A DNA stretch of 64,000 bases from Eledone cirrhosa (lineage: Eukaryota). Within the stretch, counting starts at the first letter, position 1; each line of letters opens with the position of its first letter. The notes beneath the pieces are model-generated. The model was not told where the DNA came from. It saw only the letters and a program-made list of their open reading frames with translations, and ran no database searches. The stretch is taken from assembly GCA_964016885.1 (NCBI GenBank), contig OZ024740.1, positions 260,896,001-260,960,000 of the forward strand, in the 5' to 3' direction. The position numbers and the translations under genes were made by a program. Positions 28,210 to 41,500 of this stretch are shown here, in pieces.

Positions 28210-29220
28210 GCTACACTTTCTATAGCCAGCTTCCTTGTTTGGCCGTTGGTACAAAAGGGAGTTTGTCGCTGCTGCTCTTGTTTGTGCTTCGACTTGAGTT
28301 GTGGGTTCATCTGGGATCTTGGTCAGTAGAATGTCGAGAAGTCTCTTAAAAATACCATGGAGATCTCTCAGATTTTTTGGCAGCTTATCAAAAAGCTGGG
28401 GAACCTTGAACCCCAGGCTATTTCAGTATATGGTCCTTGTTCTCGATGCGACGGATGGGACCATTGGCACTACACAGTGACGTCCAGTTTGTGGGCTGGT
28501 CCTGCCTTCAATGCCGAGGTTTGGTGCTAACCCTTCCAAGATATTCCAAATATATATCGCTGCGTATCTCTCCCGTCTCCGCTCCAGGGAGTAAAGCTTT
28601 AATTTCTTCAGCATCTCATCTCTTTCATTGAGGCAATCCTCTTGATGTAGCTTTGTTGGATTACTTCAAGTTCTGCAGTTAGTTTTACAGTGAGGCGAAC
28701 ACAGCCGAGAGCTATAGTCCAGTCAACTGAGGACGGAAGTCCTCCAGAAGACCAACATGGTTTCCAAGTTTCTTTTCCTGAATGTCCTCAGAATCAAACC
28801 CGCCAACCATTTGCATAATCCCATAATTTTGGTGATGTGTGCATGAAACGATGCATTATTGCTCATGTTAATATCCAGGTTCCGTATTGATTCCTCCTGG
28901 TCCAGTGTACCATTGTTGTGGTGGTCCTATGTTTGTGGGTTGATAGCGGAAGGCTTGAAACTTACCTGCATTAAATTGCATATTGTTGTCTTCAGCCCAT
29001 CTGTATATGGAATTAATTCATGTTGGAAGAGAGTAGCATCAGCCGGTTTCTTGATTGCCTGTGAGCCACCACAAACAGTAGTAGCCCAAGACAGTCCCAT
29101 GGGGCACGTCACTTGTTATTGACGTTTCCTTTGAGAGGACTCCGTTAGCGGCAACAGTCTGGCTTCTATCTTTTAAGACTTTGGCTGAGTTTAATCGTAT
29201 TCCTTGACCACAACATGCTG
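28210..29220 (-). mobile_element. CR1/L2-group LINE remnant
   Basis: SDVPHGTVLG and LKLYSLERRRERYAAIYIWNILEGLAPN. A related piece lies at 24520-24665. Confidence 0.75.
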
Positions 29221-30205
29221 GGCTCTGTTCACCAGGAAACACTTAATCCATTGTAGTAACCTTCCACCGACACCAATCTTGGATAATTTCTTCAGGTGTA
29301 TGCTGTGATCCACCCTGTCACCGGTCTTGCTGAACCCAAGCTATATACCGTATTTCCCGTCGTCGAATACGCTTCGCCCCAAGGAGGCACCCTAACTTTA
29401 ACAACCAAAAATTTGAAAAAAAAAATAATTGTTTCTACTTTAGGCACAAGGCCAGCAATTATCCAGTAAATTACTGGTACTTTATTTTATCGACCCCCGT
29501 AAGGATAAAAGGCAAAGTCAACCTAAAAAGTCAACATAAAAACAAGTCTTGTTATTAATATTTGCTGGTAAACCCTTTTAACTTACCGCAGCTTTATTGC
29601 TTTTGTCACTTACTAATTGTTTCTACTTTTGGTACAAGGCCAGCAATTACCCAGTGCATTACTGGTACTTTTATTTTATTGACCCCGTAAGGATGAAAGG
29701 CAAAGTTAATCTCGGCGGGATTTGAACTCAGTCCGTAATAATGTTTCCTTAAAATGAAGAGAGTGAAAATACCGCGAAATATTGATACACAACACGTAAA
29801 AACATCACTTGTCAGTTGCCTCGTCTAACATACTCTGTCCATACAGGAATGGATTTTTGTGATTATGTATATATGTATATATATATATATAAATGATACT
29901 TTTGCTTATTTACTACTTTAACTAAATATTATTTATACACTTCATTGTGAGCTCAGATACAGGAGTTGAGATTACTATCTAGCACAGGTAATTTTCGTCT
30001 GGGGTTAGGATATGCCTATAAGAAACGCAACCTTCGGCCTCCAAGACATATGGAAGATTTTCGAGACATATGTCAGGGGAAAAAAAGCGTATCATTCCAG
30101 TTCCTCAGAGAAATAACAACCCAACCAGGAACTGGGCATATCGGAGTATTGACGGAGTTAAACACCTCGACAACATGTGTACCTGTCTCTACCACACCAA
30201 TTCGG

Positions 30206-30260
30206 ACTGCCTGAAGAGGTCACAGCCAAGGATGGCTGTCATCGAAATATATATAGCAGT
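30206..30260 (+). ncRNA. Minimal type I hammerhead ribozyme
   Basis: ACTGC CTGAAGA GGT-CACAGCC-AAGGAT-GGCTGTC-ATC GAAA TATATA TA GCAGT, then AATAAA and (TA)n. Confidence 0.8.
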
Positions 30261-30389
30261 ACACCTTTAATAAACGAAGCCAAATTTTAAATATTTGACT
30301 TAATTTTATATATATATATATATTATGTATGTATAAACATGTGTGTGTGTGTGTGTGTGTGTATGTCTGTATATGTGTATGTTTATATG

Positions 30390-30461
<72 letters not shown>

Positions 30462-30843
30462 CATACACATATACATACATACACACACATATATATCAAA
30501 TAAGTCAAACGATTATTGTATTAAGTCATTTTAATGCACAGTGTCGATTAAAATGACTTAATACAATAATCCTTGACTTATTTAATATTCGTATATGCCC
30601 AGTTAAATTATAACACAACTATGATTGGAATTTAGTCATTTGCTTAAACTTTCGACTCTTTATAATCCCTCATCTTATGGTCTGTAAAATTACATTCTCG
30701 AACACTCAACTTATAATATATAGGCAGGGAAGAAAGAAACTCCCTATTTAAAACTGTTATATGATAACTTTATTCATTACTGGTGGATTTTTATAAAATA
30801 TGTTTTATTTTGAACAGTATAATGGTAGAAGTACAGTACAGCG

Positions 30844-31040
30844 TTAAAATACTACACAGGCACCAACATTGGGCACTAGTGCTTGCAATCGTCTGGGTAT
30901 GATCTCGACTATCTTCATCAGGAACTCAGACAGTATGTTGGTCAGTACATGACGCATACGCTGCACCAACTGAGTCAGAGGTTTTTGTTTTGAGCTATAA
31001 ACTTCTTCCTTGGCCCATACCCACAGGAAAAGATTTCGCA
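30844..31040 (-). mobile_element. Tc1/mariner transposase C-terminal remnant
   Basis: [30 protein letters not shown] matches the typical Tc1/mariner C-terminus. Confidence 0.65.
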
Positions 31041-31070
31041 TATGTATATATATATATATATATATATTGT

Positions 31071-31127
<57 letters not shown>

Positions 31128-31339
31128 ATACTTTGGGAGGGTCATGTTGCTTGTAAAAACACACGCACCTGTTGGTTTTCACTTTAATTTATTATAAATT
31201 TCCGGTTGGTTGGTTGGTTGGTTCGATAACCGGAAGGTTGTTTATATATTGTCAAAGCTCTTTCGTCACACATTCTGTGACCTTCTCAGTGACTAGGTTT
31301 TTATTTTGTGGAAAGGAGTGGAGCTGTTCCCGGGTGAGA

Positions 31340-31680
31340 GTCGAGCCACCGATACAGTCGTCAATATAACCGTATAGTTCGGGAGTATTGGGCAAAGATC
31401 TTGGCCTCAACGTGGCCATCGTGAAGGTTGGCGTAGTTGGGGCCCATTCTTGTGCCCATGGCTACCCCAGTGACTTGCTCGTAAAGTTCACCCGAGAAGG
31501 AGAAGCAGTTAAGGGTGAGGACCGGCTCGGTGAGGCGGAGGAGGGTGGAGGTGGAGGGGACGAGGGAGGGACTAAGATCAAGGTAGTATTGAGGGGCACA
31601 TAGGTCGTGGGTGTGGGAGGATGATGGTGTATAAATGCAAGGGTAAGATATTATCCAGACAAATGTATCCACAGGCGTGT
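31340..31680 (-). mobile_element. Penelope-like reverse transcriptase fragment
   Basis: LTLNCFSFSGELYEQVTGVAMGTRMGPNYANL (PLE RT motif). Confidence 0.82.
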
Positions 31681-31781
31681 TTGTACGAATTATATAGACG
31701 CAATGGGATAAGAAGATCTGAGAGAATGAATGTTATAAGATAAATACTTACCAGCCACACACACACACACACACACACGCT

Positions 31782-31812
<31 letters not shown>

Positions 31813-31826
31813 ACACACACACACAT

Positions 31827-31906
<80 letters not shown>

Positions 31907-32097
31907 ACACACATACACGCGCACACACACACACGCGCACACACACACACACACACACTCACACACACACACACACATACACGCACACACACACACACAC
32001 ACACTCACACACACACACACACACGCTCACACACAAACACACGCACACACACATACACGCACACACACACACATATATATATGTATATCCCTTTTTA

Positions 32098-32232
32098 TAA
32101 TTCTTGATGATATACAGATGTTCTACGTATTATGTTTTATGTAAATAAATGCTAATTAACCGTTTCTGATTAACTTATTGTTTACATATGCGTGAACTAT
32201 TATCACCTGTATAGAAACATATGTAGAAATTA
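32098..32232 (+). ncRNA. Degenerate hammerhead with 103-nt stem II
   Basis: TAATTC TTGATGA (C3>T) TATACAG...CTGTATA GAAA CATATG TA GAAATTA. Confidence 0.6.
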
Positions 32233-32610
32233 AAGAACGGATTTAAGTTGTTAACCTTGGTTTTACTTCATTGGCAGTATCGGTAGGGGGGTCGGACGCT
32301 ATGCTTTGACGCATAGAGTTACGGCCCTTGCCATTCTGAGTTCGAATCCCGCCAAGGTTAACTTTGCCTTTAATCCTTACGGAGCCGATAAAATAAAGTA
32401 CCAGTAATGCACTGGTGAATTGCTGGCCTTGTGCCAAAAAGTAGAAACAATTATATATCTATCTATAGCTATATCTATATCTATCTATCTCTCTCTCTAT
32501 ATATATATATATCTATATATATATATATATTTGTAGTATGGTTGCTAGGATGCGTCAATAAGCGGTATGCCGGTTGACCAATCTATGTTCCTTTGGAGCA
32601 GAGTATGATA

Positions 32611-33030
32611 ATATGGAAAACGAAGAGTCAGTGATGCATCGGAACATAATTTATTAGGTATTACAATTGTTTCTCCGGCGAACAGCTCGAGGTGCGATCT
32701 GTTTGTGGATCGAACCTGACTCTGGATTCGCAAGTTCCTCAGATACGTCTAATGATTTCGAAGCAAATCCTCTTTCTGCCATCATCCTGCTTGTGCGGCC
32801 CGTCGATTGGTTCGCAAACAGGATGATGGCAGATGATAGAAATTCGAAGGGTCGGAGTCCAGCTGAAAGAGGATTTGCTTCGAAATCACTAGACGTATCT
32901 GAGGAACTTGCGATTCAAGAGTCAGGTTCGATCCACAAACAGATCGCACTTCGAGCTGTTCGCCGGAGAAACAATTGTAATACGTAATAAATTGTGTTCC
33001 GATGCATCACTGATTCTTCGTTTCCCATAT
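32611..33030. mobile_element. Imperfect fold-back element with hammerhead in each arm
   Basis: Arms 32611-32779 and 32862-33030. Plus-strand HHR 32893-32985: ACGTAT CTGAGGA ...GAAA CAATTG TA ATACGT. Confidence 0.8.
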
Positions 33031-33303
33031 CATATATATATGGCACTGAGACGCGGAATCGCGCGTGGCCACTGTCGTCATCGAAATATGAACCATAGCC
33101 TTATTAATAAAGGATTTCCCACCCGTCCCCTCAATCTATCTTATTTCTCATTCCTTCTTCTGATAAAAGACTAGCGTCCGAAACGTTAAGACCCTCTTCC
33201 TGCTATATCAAGTGTTAACCTAATATATCCCTTCCATATACTGTACCGATTGTGTTGTTATTTCTGTTTACCTTTTACACACACACACACACATATATAT
33301 ATA

Positions 33304-33480
33304 GGGAAAAGAGTCAGGACCCCGACGGCTGAGCTTCGGCCGTTTTGACAGCTAGATCCGAACTCGGATTTAGCTGTCGAAACAGCCGAAGCTCCGCCGT
33401 CGGGGTCCTGACTCATTTCCCTATTACCCACTCTACTACCCTAAGTGTCGAATACTCTGGTGCGTTATGGTCCACACCTT
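33304..33480. repeat. GC-rich hairpin element plus shared tail
   Basis: GAGTCAGGACCCCGACGG...CCGTCGGGGTCCTGACTC hairpin of about 115 bp. Related copy at 47147-47290. Confidence 0.8.
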
Positions 33481-33605
<125 letters not shown>

Positions 33606-34474
33606 AAAGTTTGTCCTTCATCAGTGATCTTCCAACCATCATAGGCATTTCATCGCTTTAAAGACCATATACCTCCGGTTGGTGCGAGTAACGGCTAAAA
33701 AAAGTCGTTGGGACACATGAATAAAGGGGACGCAGGTGTAAACAACAAAATGGTGAAGCAACAGAAAGTGAAGAAAGAAGAAGGAGACAAGTCCCAGATT
33801 TCTATGAATTTAAATTCGGTGAAATCGTGAACGAGAGAATAAAGACCATCAAACCTGGTTGAAATGTGAGCAAGGAAGGAATTTCGCACAGGTCTAACGG
33901 GAGGAAGAAGGGGTCTGGTCTGCGAATTCGGTAAACATAAGTTCTGGGAAATCGTAGACGAGAGAGAGAAAAAATTCCGACCAGCTTGGCTAGCGTGCGA
34001 GAGAAAAGAATTTCACACGGGTCAAACGGGAAGAAAGAGGAGGAGGAGAGGTAGTGACAGAGAATGAGTGAGTGAAGGATGAGGAAGAGGTTAACAGAGA
34101 GAGAGACTGCTAGAAAGGGAAAAGATACATAGAACGAAAGAGACGGGTAGCAGCAGAGGAAAAAATATGTGTAAATATGATAATAAGGGCGCTGCGGAGT
34201 TGCAAATGGGTTACATATAAAAAAAGTTTATATATATATATATATAGTAATAATAATAAATTAGACTAAAATCCAAAGAGGGCTCGATAAGGATAAATAT
34301 ATATCAAATATATAAGAACCGTAGAGCAAATATTTATTAAAATAACAGATTAAAGTTTAAGCAAAGAATCGCTGCTTTCACCCTTAACGGGATCTTCTGA
34401 AACTAACACAGTCAATCTGTAAACGCAGAACTGGATATTTCAAAAAAATAATTTTCTGGAGTTATTAATATTAA

Positions 34475-34705
34475 AATATAAGTATTAATAAAATAGATGT
34501 TCTTTTGATCAATTACATTTTATTATACATATTTCGGATGTACAACAGTACGTCCTCATCAGATTAAATCTTAACCATTTAACATCTCAGGGTATGTCAT
34601 GTATCATTATATTTTGTCTGATGAGGACGTACTGTTGTACATCCGAAATATGTATAATAAAATGTAATTGATCAAAAGAACATCTATTTTATTAATACTT
34701 ATATT
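34475..34705. mobile_element. Fold-back element with paired hammerheads
   Basis: Arms 34475-34563 and 34617-34705. Plus-strand HHR 34611-34663: ATTTTGT CTGATGA GGA-CGTACTGTTGTACA-TCC GAAA TATGTA TA ATAAAAT. Confidence 0.88.
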
Positions 34706-34742
34706 ATATTTTAATATTATATATATATATATACATATACAG

Positions 34743-34966
<224 letters not shown>

Positions 34967-35167
34967 AAATGACAGGAGGCTGGACTGGTGTAATTCCTTA
35001 AAGATTTATTACACTATGAACATTTCAATGACCGGGTTCAGTATGAATCCTGTGACATCAAGTATTCCGAAATTTATCTAACAAAGGAATATAATAATAG
35101 ACACAATCCAAGGGGCTGAAAAGCAGAGAGATGCCCAAGACGAGAAGGCGGCCAAAAATTAGCAGTT

Positions 35168-35261
<94 letters not shown>

Positions 35262-35344
35262 AAAGTTCTATTTAAAATTGTTGGGATACAACAAGTAAAT
35301 ATTTTTATAACTGATATAAAGCACTCGACAAGTATTTGGAGTAG

Positions 35345-35686
35345 ATATACGATATTAATAAATGGAAACTATATTTATAAAACCATATTTATTTCATTAT
35401 ACATATTTCAGGGATACCAAATTAAATTATGGTATGCCTTCATCAGACAAAATACAATATATAACAGTTTTACAAATAAGCTTTGACGTACCCTTTTAAA
35501 ATGCAACCAGATGGCTTCCAAAAATAATGGTTGCATTTTAAAAGGGTACGTCAAAGCTTATTTGTAAAACTGTTATATATTGTATTTTGTCTGATGAAGG
35601 CATACCATAATTTAATTTGGTATCCCTGAAATATGTATAATGAAATAAATATGGTTTTATAAATATAGTTTCCATTTATTAATATC

Positions 35687-35692
<6 letters not shown>
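35345..35692. mobile_element. Fold-back element with paired hammerheads
   Basis: About 165-bp arms around an 18-nt loop (35510-35527). Plus-strand HHR 35584-35646, related to the 25433 family. Confidence 0.9.
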
Positions 35693-35751
<59 letters not shown>

Positions 35752-35840
35752 TATATAATGTATTAATTGATATGAAACTCATCTATGGTATGAAGTTATT
35801 TCTTGTATATATTACTCTTGAAACTTATAACAATAACTAA

Positions 35841-35927
35841 ATTCCTGAAGATATGTAGAGCGACGGACAGATACCTCGTATGTATCGTGGTATGGCCCGC
35901 CGCTCTACATAGAAACATATGTAGAAT
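35841..35927 (+). ncRNA. Type I hammerhead ribozyme
   Basis: ATTC CTGAAGA TATGTAGAGCG...CGCTCTACATA GAAA CATATG TA GAAT, with an 11-bp stem II base. Confidence 0.82.
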
Positions 35928-36122
35928 AAAAATTATGTTTTAAGTATAACTTGGTTATTTTCCCTCCATATATATAGAAAGGATAAAAAGGACGATTGAT
36001 TATTCCTTCATTGCATTTATTGATAGGTGACGCGCGTTTCGCCACTGATCAGCTCAAGGTTCGATCTATATCGATCCTACCCGACTCAATAATCCGCAGC
36101 TCGACGGACCTTCTTAAAATGC

Positions 36123-36155
<33 letters not shown>

Positions 36156-36162
36156 GTGTATT

Positions 36163-36227
<65 letters not shown>

Positions 36228-37082
36228 ATGTGTGTGTGTTATACAAAGTGACCGTCAATCAAGAAATCAAGACGATATCTTTCGGTGAAACAAATATATC
36301 AAATTTTACCTTTTATGGTCTTCCATAGTTAGCTATTAAACTCCAAGTTCTTGTTTGTTTGCTTTTTTGGTTTTTGTTTGTTTTGTTTGTTTGTTTTGTT
36401 ATTTTTATGTAGCCTTTCATAAGTCTCCGAATTTATCTCTGCTAACTATGGCAACGTGCCAAATTTCAAGAATGTTGAAGGAGTGTGCCAGTTCAGTATT
36501 ATCTTTCTTGTAATTCTACTACAATTTCAAGAACACACTCTCATACTTCAACGTTGAACTGAGAAAGTATTAGAGGGGGGGGGGGTCCGATCCCCTCTGT
36601 GGTGTGTGACCGATTCACGCACATAATGTTGAATGGATGGCAGAGGAGCGGGGGTCCCTTTCATTGTATATTTTTGTGTATTATATTTATAAGCTTTCAT
36701 CCTTACGGGGTCGATAAAATAAAGTACCAGTAATGTACTGGGTAATTGATGGCCTTGTGCCTAAAGTAGAAACAATTATATTTATAAGGTTAACTGAAGG
36801 GAGATAGGTGTAAAAGCCAAACTGGCTATCTTCAATTCGAAATTCGTGCCAACCCTTACCTGTAGTCATGAATCTTAGGTAATGACCGAAAGAATACGAT
36901 CGCGAATACAAGTGGCCAAAATATATATAAATTGTATCCTTTTACTGATTTCATACATTTGACGGTGGCTATGCTAGGGCCACATATTGATTTATGTCAA
37001 TCATATCGACCTCGCTACGTTTTCAAGTCTGGTAGTTATTTTATCTTTTTGTTAAAACGCTAAGTTACAGAAACACAAACGG

Positions 37083-37124
<42 letters not shown>

Positions 37125-37210
37125 GTAGGAGGTGAGTTTTATTGTAGTACAATAAAGCAATGCAGATATCGGATAAGAAGCACTCTACAGTTTGTAGGAC
37201 TGGAGTATGC

Positions 37211-37548
37211 ATAATATAAGATCAAAAGATGGTTAAATGAGTTCCATGTATTTTATTATGCGCATTTCAAAAACAAACATCATCATGCAATAATATTTGT
37301 GTTTTCATCAGATAAAACAGGAGAACATGATATGAAGGCTAAAAAACACTTGTGGATAGTGCAGTTTTAAATCAACATATGATATGATATGTTGATTTAA
37401 AACTGCACTATCCACAAGTGTTTTTTAGCCTTCATATCATGTTCTCCTGTTTTATCTGATGAAAACACAAATATTATTGCATGATGATGTTTGTTTTTGA
37501 AATGCGCATAATAAAATACATGGAACTCATTTAACCATCTTTTGATCT

Positions 37549-37556
<8 letters not shown>
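37211..37556. mobile_element. 346-bp palindrome with paired hammerheads
   Basis: Arms mirror around GATATG (37381-37386). Plus-strand HHR 37449-37517 has CTGATGA...GAAA TGCGCA TA ATAAAAT. Confidence 0.9.
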
Positions 37557-37598
<42 letters not shown>

Positions 37599-37603
<5 letters not shown>

Positions 37604-37743
37604 ATAAACAACATAAGATAATTATTTCATTTACTAAAGGTTTCACGAAGACAGACGAGCGATTTCAGAAGTCTGTGTCAGGCTCGTCTGTCTTCGTGAA
37701 ACCTTTGGTAAATGAAATAATTATCTTATGTTGTTTATTACAT
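37599..37743. repeat. Fold-back element with only the 3' half of a hammerhead
   Basis: Arms 37599-37660 and 37682-37743. GAAA-CC-TTT-GG-TA is present but there is no CTGANGA. Confidence 0.75.
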
Positions 37744-37782
37744 AACTAAAAAGCTCTGTAGTCTACATAGAGCACGCTCATT

Positions 37783-37818
<36 letters not shown>

Positions 37819-38029
37819 GTATCTATATACAGATAGATATATATATATAATGTGGGTAATATAAAAACACAAACGGTATATATATATATTTATATATGAA
37901 TAAAGTGGTCCTTCATCAGTGATCTTTCAACCATCACAGGTAATACTTCGCTTTAAAGACCATATACCTCCGGTTGGTGCGAGCAACGGCTAAAAAAAGT
38001 CGTTGGGACACGTAAATAAAGGGAACAGC

Positions 38030-38079
<50 letters not shown>

Positions 38080-38220
38080 GTATGTGTGTGTGTGTCCATG
38101 TTTACTTTTACGTTTGTGTTTATATCTGTAGCGTAACTGTCGTGTAACATAGCGTTTCGACAAAAGACATCAATAAAATAACTACTAAACTTGAAAATAC
38201 GTTTACACACGCGCGCGCAT

Positions 38221-38545
38221 GTGGATTGGCGGTAGAATCGGTAGAGGGTCGGACAACATGCTTTGCAGCATAGAGTTATGGCTCTTTACGTTCAGTCGAG
38301 ATTGACTGTGTCTTTCATCCTTGCAAGTAGCAGTAATGCACTGGGTCAATTTAATCAACTTTTCCCTTCCCAAAATTTTTGGCCATGTGCCTAAATCGAG
38401 AACCATTATATACGTCCCTTTGCGGTCTGAGTTCAAATCCCACCGAGGTTAACTTTGCCTTTCATCCTTACGGGGTCGATAAAATAAAGTACCAGTAATG
38501 CACTGGGTAATTGATGGCCTTGTGCCAAAAGTAGAAACAATTATA
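38221..38545 (+). mobile_element. Two SINE family A copies
   Basis: Same body as 12456-12640. Other copies at 32268-32453, 39241-39480, 29427-29735(-), 57347-57537(-), 58959-59180(-) and 60144-60320(-). Confidence 0.8.
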
Positions 38546-41500
38546 TAAACAAACCAATATACAAGGAAGTCTTACTTATGTAAATGTGTGTGCGCGCGCG
38601 CTCATTTTTATTAGCTAGCGCCTAATCCCATAATGTTGATAAAATAAAATTTTAAAAATGACATCCTTCACGGAAAATAGCACACGTTGACTTTCTTATT
38701 AAAACGAGAGATTACCATGTGTCAAAACTGATAATTAAAGAGGTATGAAAGATAATTAAATTGGCACTCCGTCGATTACGATGACGGTTGTTCCAGTTGA
38801 TTCGATCAACGGAGCAGCCTGCTCAGGAGATTAACGTGCAAGTGGCTGAGCATTCCACGGGGAGATTTAGCTCAGCATCACACAAAATGTTACAAGGCTG
38901 GCCCTACGAATTACAGGAACAATTCATTTTATACCAGCTGAGTGGACTGGAGCAACATAAAATAAAGTGCCTTGCTCAAAGTCACAACGTGCTGAGGGGA
39001 ATCGAACACACGGCCTTATGATCGTGATCCGAATATCCAAACACAAAGCCACGTGCCTTCACATAGAGGAATAAGGCTTATATAAAAAATACTCTCCGTT
39101 TGTGAAAGGAAGGGAGACGTATGGCGTGTGTCAGGCAGACTCACAACACACTTGCCAAAATGTCAGCACCTCCCTCTCCTTCGTTCTACATTAGAAACAA
39201 GTAGTTTTAGTGTGCAGTCATAAATCTAACCTGAGTATTAAGATTAGCAGTATCGGTAGAGCGTTGGCAGTACCGGTAGAGCGTTGGCCAGCACGCTTTG
39301 CGGCATAAAGTTACGGCCCTTTACATTCTGAGTTCAAATCCTGCTGAGGTTAGCTTTGCCTTTCATCCTTACGGGGGGGTCGATAAAATAAAGTACCAGT
39401 AACACACTGGGGTAGATTTAATCGACCCCCCCCCCCCCTACTAAATTGTTGGCCTTGTGCCTAAATCAGAAACGATTATTAAGGGTTTGGGCAACATCCT
39501 ATAAGCCTTCTCTATATAGTGCAGTTGGGTCGCTGGCCATTGTCTGCGGGAATGTTTTTGCAGATTTGTCCACAGGGCGCAATCGAAACATTGCCCCGCC
39601 CTATGCTTAGAGTCTGCCACCCTCTCCCCTTCTCTCTCTTTCTTCCAGGGTCTAACAGTCCTTTCGTTTCCCCTCCTTTTCCTCTCATTTATGGCATTTA
39701 TAGTCCTTTCCTCTACTTTCCTAAACGGCCAGATCTGCTCTTCTTTACCCCTCTTATTTTTCTTTACTTAATTTTGTTTTTTTTTCTTTTATATTTCCAC
39801 CATTGTATAACTTCTTTTTGTAAAATATTGTTGGCATAATATGTTTATAAAATATAATAAAAATCAGGGTATTCCATATATGGTTGCCAAAAAATTAATT
39901 TGGGGCCATTTTAGATATTGTGCATTCCTAGATAGGGCCCTGTCAGCGACCGTATTTGCCAGTTAAAAAAAAAACGAAGGGCCAGAGGAGAGAGAGAGAA
40001 AGAGAGTGAGAGGGGGAAAAAAGAGAGATGGGGAGGAGAGAGAAAGGGAGGAGGAGAGAGAAGGAGAGGGAGAGAGAAGGGGAGAGAGTGTGTATGTGTG
40101 TGTGTGCAAAAGAGAGGAGGAGAGAATATTTGGGCGTGAGAGAGAGTATGTGAGAGAGAGTGAGTGTGTGAGAAAGAGAGAGTGAATTTGTCAACAGTCT
40201 CGCTGGTGCCGCTGCCAACACTATGAATTACGACTGACTCAAAGTTATTTCCATTAGCATATGTTACAGTAACTCTGTGAGTCGTAGGTGGAGTGTTGGC
40301 ACCGGCAATACTGTTGACGTTTCGCCACTACCATGACTACCAACATTATTTTTCCAAACTCAAGAAAGCGTTTAAATATGAGTTTGAAAGTAGAGGTGAC
40401 GGAAAGGAGTTCCAGCTAGATCTTGTCAACAAAATCTCCATGTGGTTTAAATACACGAGTCTTCAATATCCAAATGGCTAAATGTCCGCAGAAGGGCACC
40501 CAGAAATCATGACCTGGATGCAGTCTGGCCCCCTGAGAGTGTAAGAAGTTAAGGGCCACTTGAGTGGGGTTTCTTCTCTGAAGACCTTCTGCTGTCCAGC
40601 TCTCCTGAGAGTTTCTTACCTTCAAACACGATGCCTCTCACGTGGGATGAAGGTCGTTTTTATTCCTTCTCAACAGAGAACCTGCTGGAACTACTTTCCA
40701 CTGCCTCTGATATTGCCTTTAGGGCTTTGGTCCCTGTCTTCCCAGAGACTGAAAGTTGTTTAATGAGATTGTAGGCACAAAGCCTCTAGCTCCAACCTCT
40801 ATGATGAGAACTTTATTCATTTATACAGTATAAAGCAATTTGTAAACAATGGCGTCATCATTGTCCTTCTCGTCTTTTCCCACCTCCCTCTTCCCCTAAT
40901 TGTCATGATGATTATCATCATCATCATCATCATCGTCGTCGTCACAATCATTGTCATCAAGAACCCTTGTTAAGTTATGTTCCAAACACCAGATAAATTA
41001 GGAGAAAGTTAGTTATATTATTAAATCAATCTAAATATTTTCAAAATAATTTGAAAATCATAGGCATTGTGTTTCGTTAGAAATATGATAGAGGCAGTAT
41101 TTATGTGGTGCCTAAAATATATGTAGAGGCGCATGGTCAAATGGTTAGGATGTTGGATTTACAATCATAATGTCGTGGACTGGGTTGTATGTTGCAAAAC
41201 ACTCCAGTATACTCAGCTGAAAGTAAGTACCAGGGCTGAGTCGTATACGCTCAGTCACTTCCTGCCACAGAAACTGGGAGAAGCACCGGCATGGTGAGCC
41301 TCCGGGCTCAAAACAGACCTTAGAGTTTTAAAATAGAGAAAGTATCTATGTGGTGCCTAAAATCTTTTAGTAAACAACATATAAATACAGCTTGTGAAGC
41401 AACAGAGAGATAGTGTGATGTAGTTACGTTAGAGTTACATTTTGGCGACTTCAAAGAAAGAATTAATTGTTCTCTCTTTAAAACACACACAACAGTGTCT

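Noticed and set aside
34345-34407. CAGAAGA-TCCC/GGGT-GAAA motif (minus strand; plus copy at 13420-13480) as a hammerhead
   Set aside because: U4 is altered in both copies and no convincing stem I or stem III is found. Kept only as a dispersed repeat.
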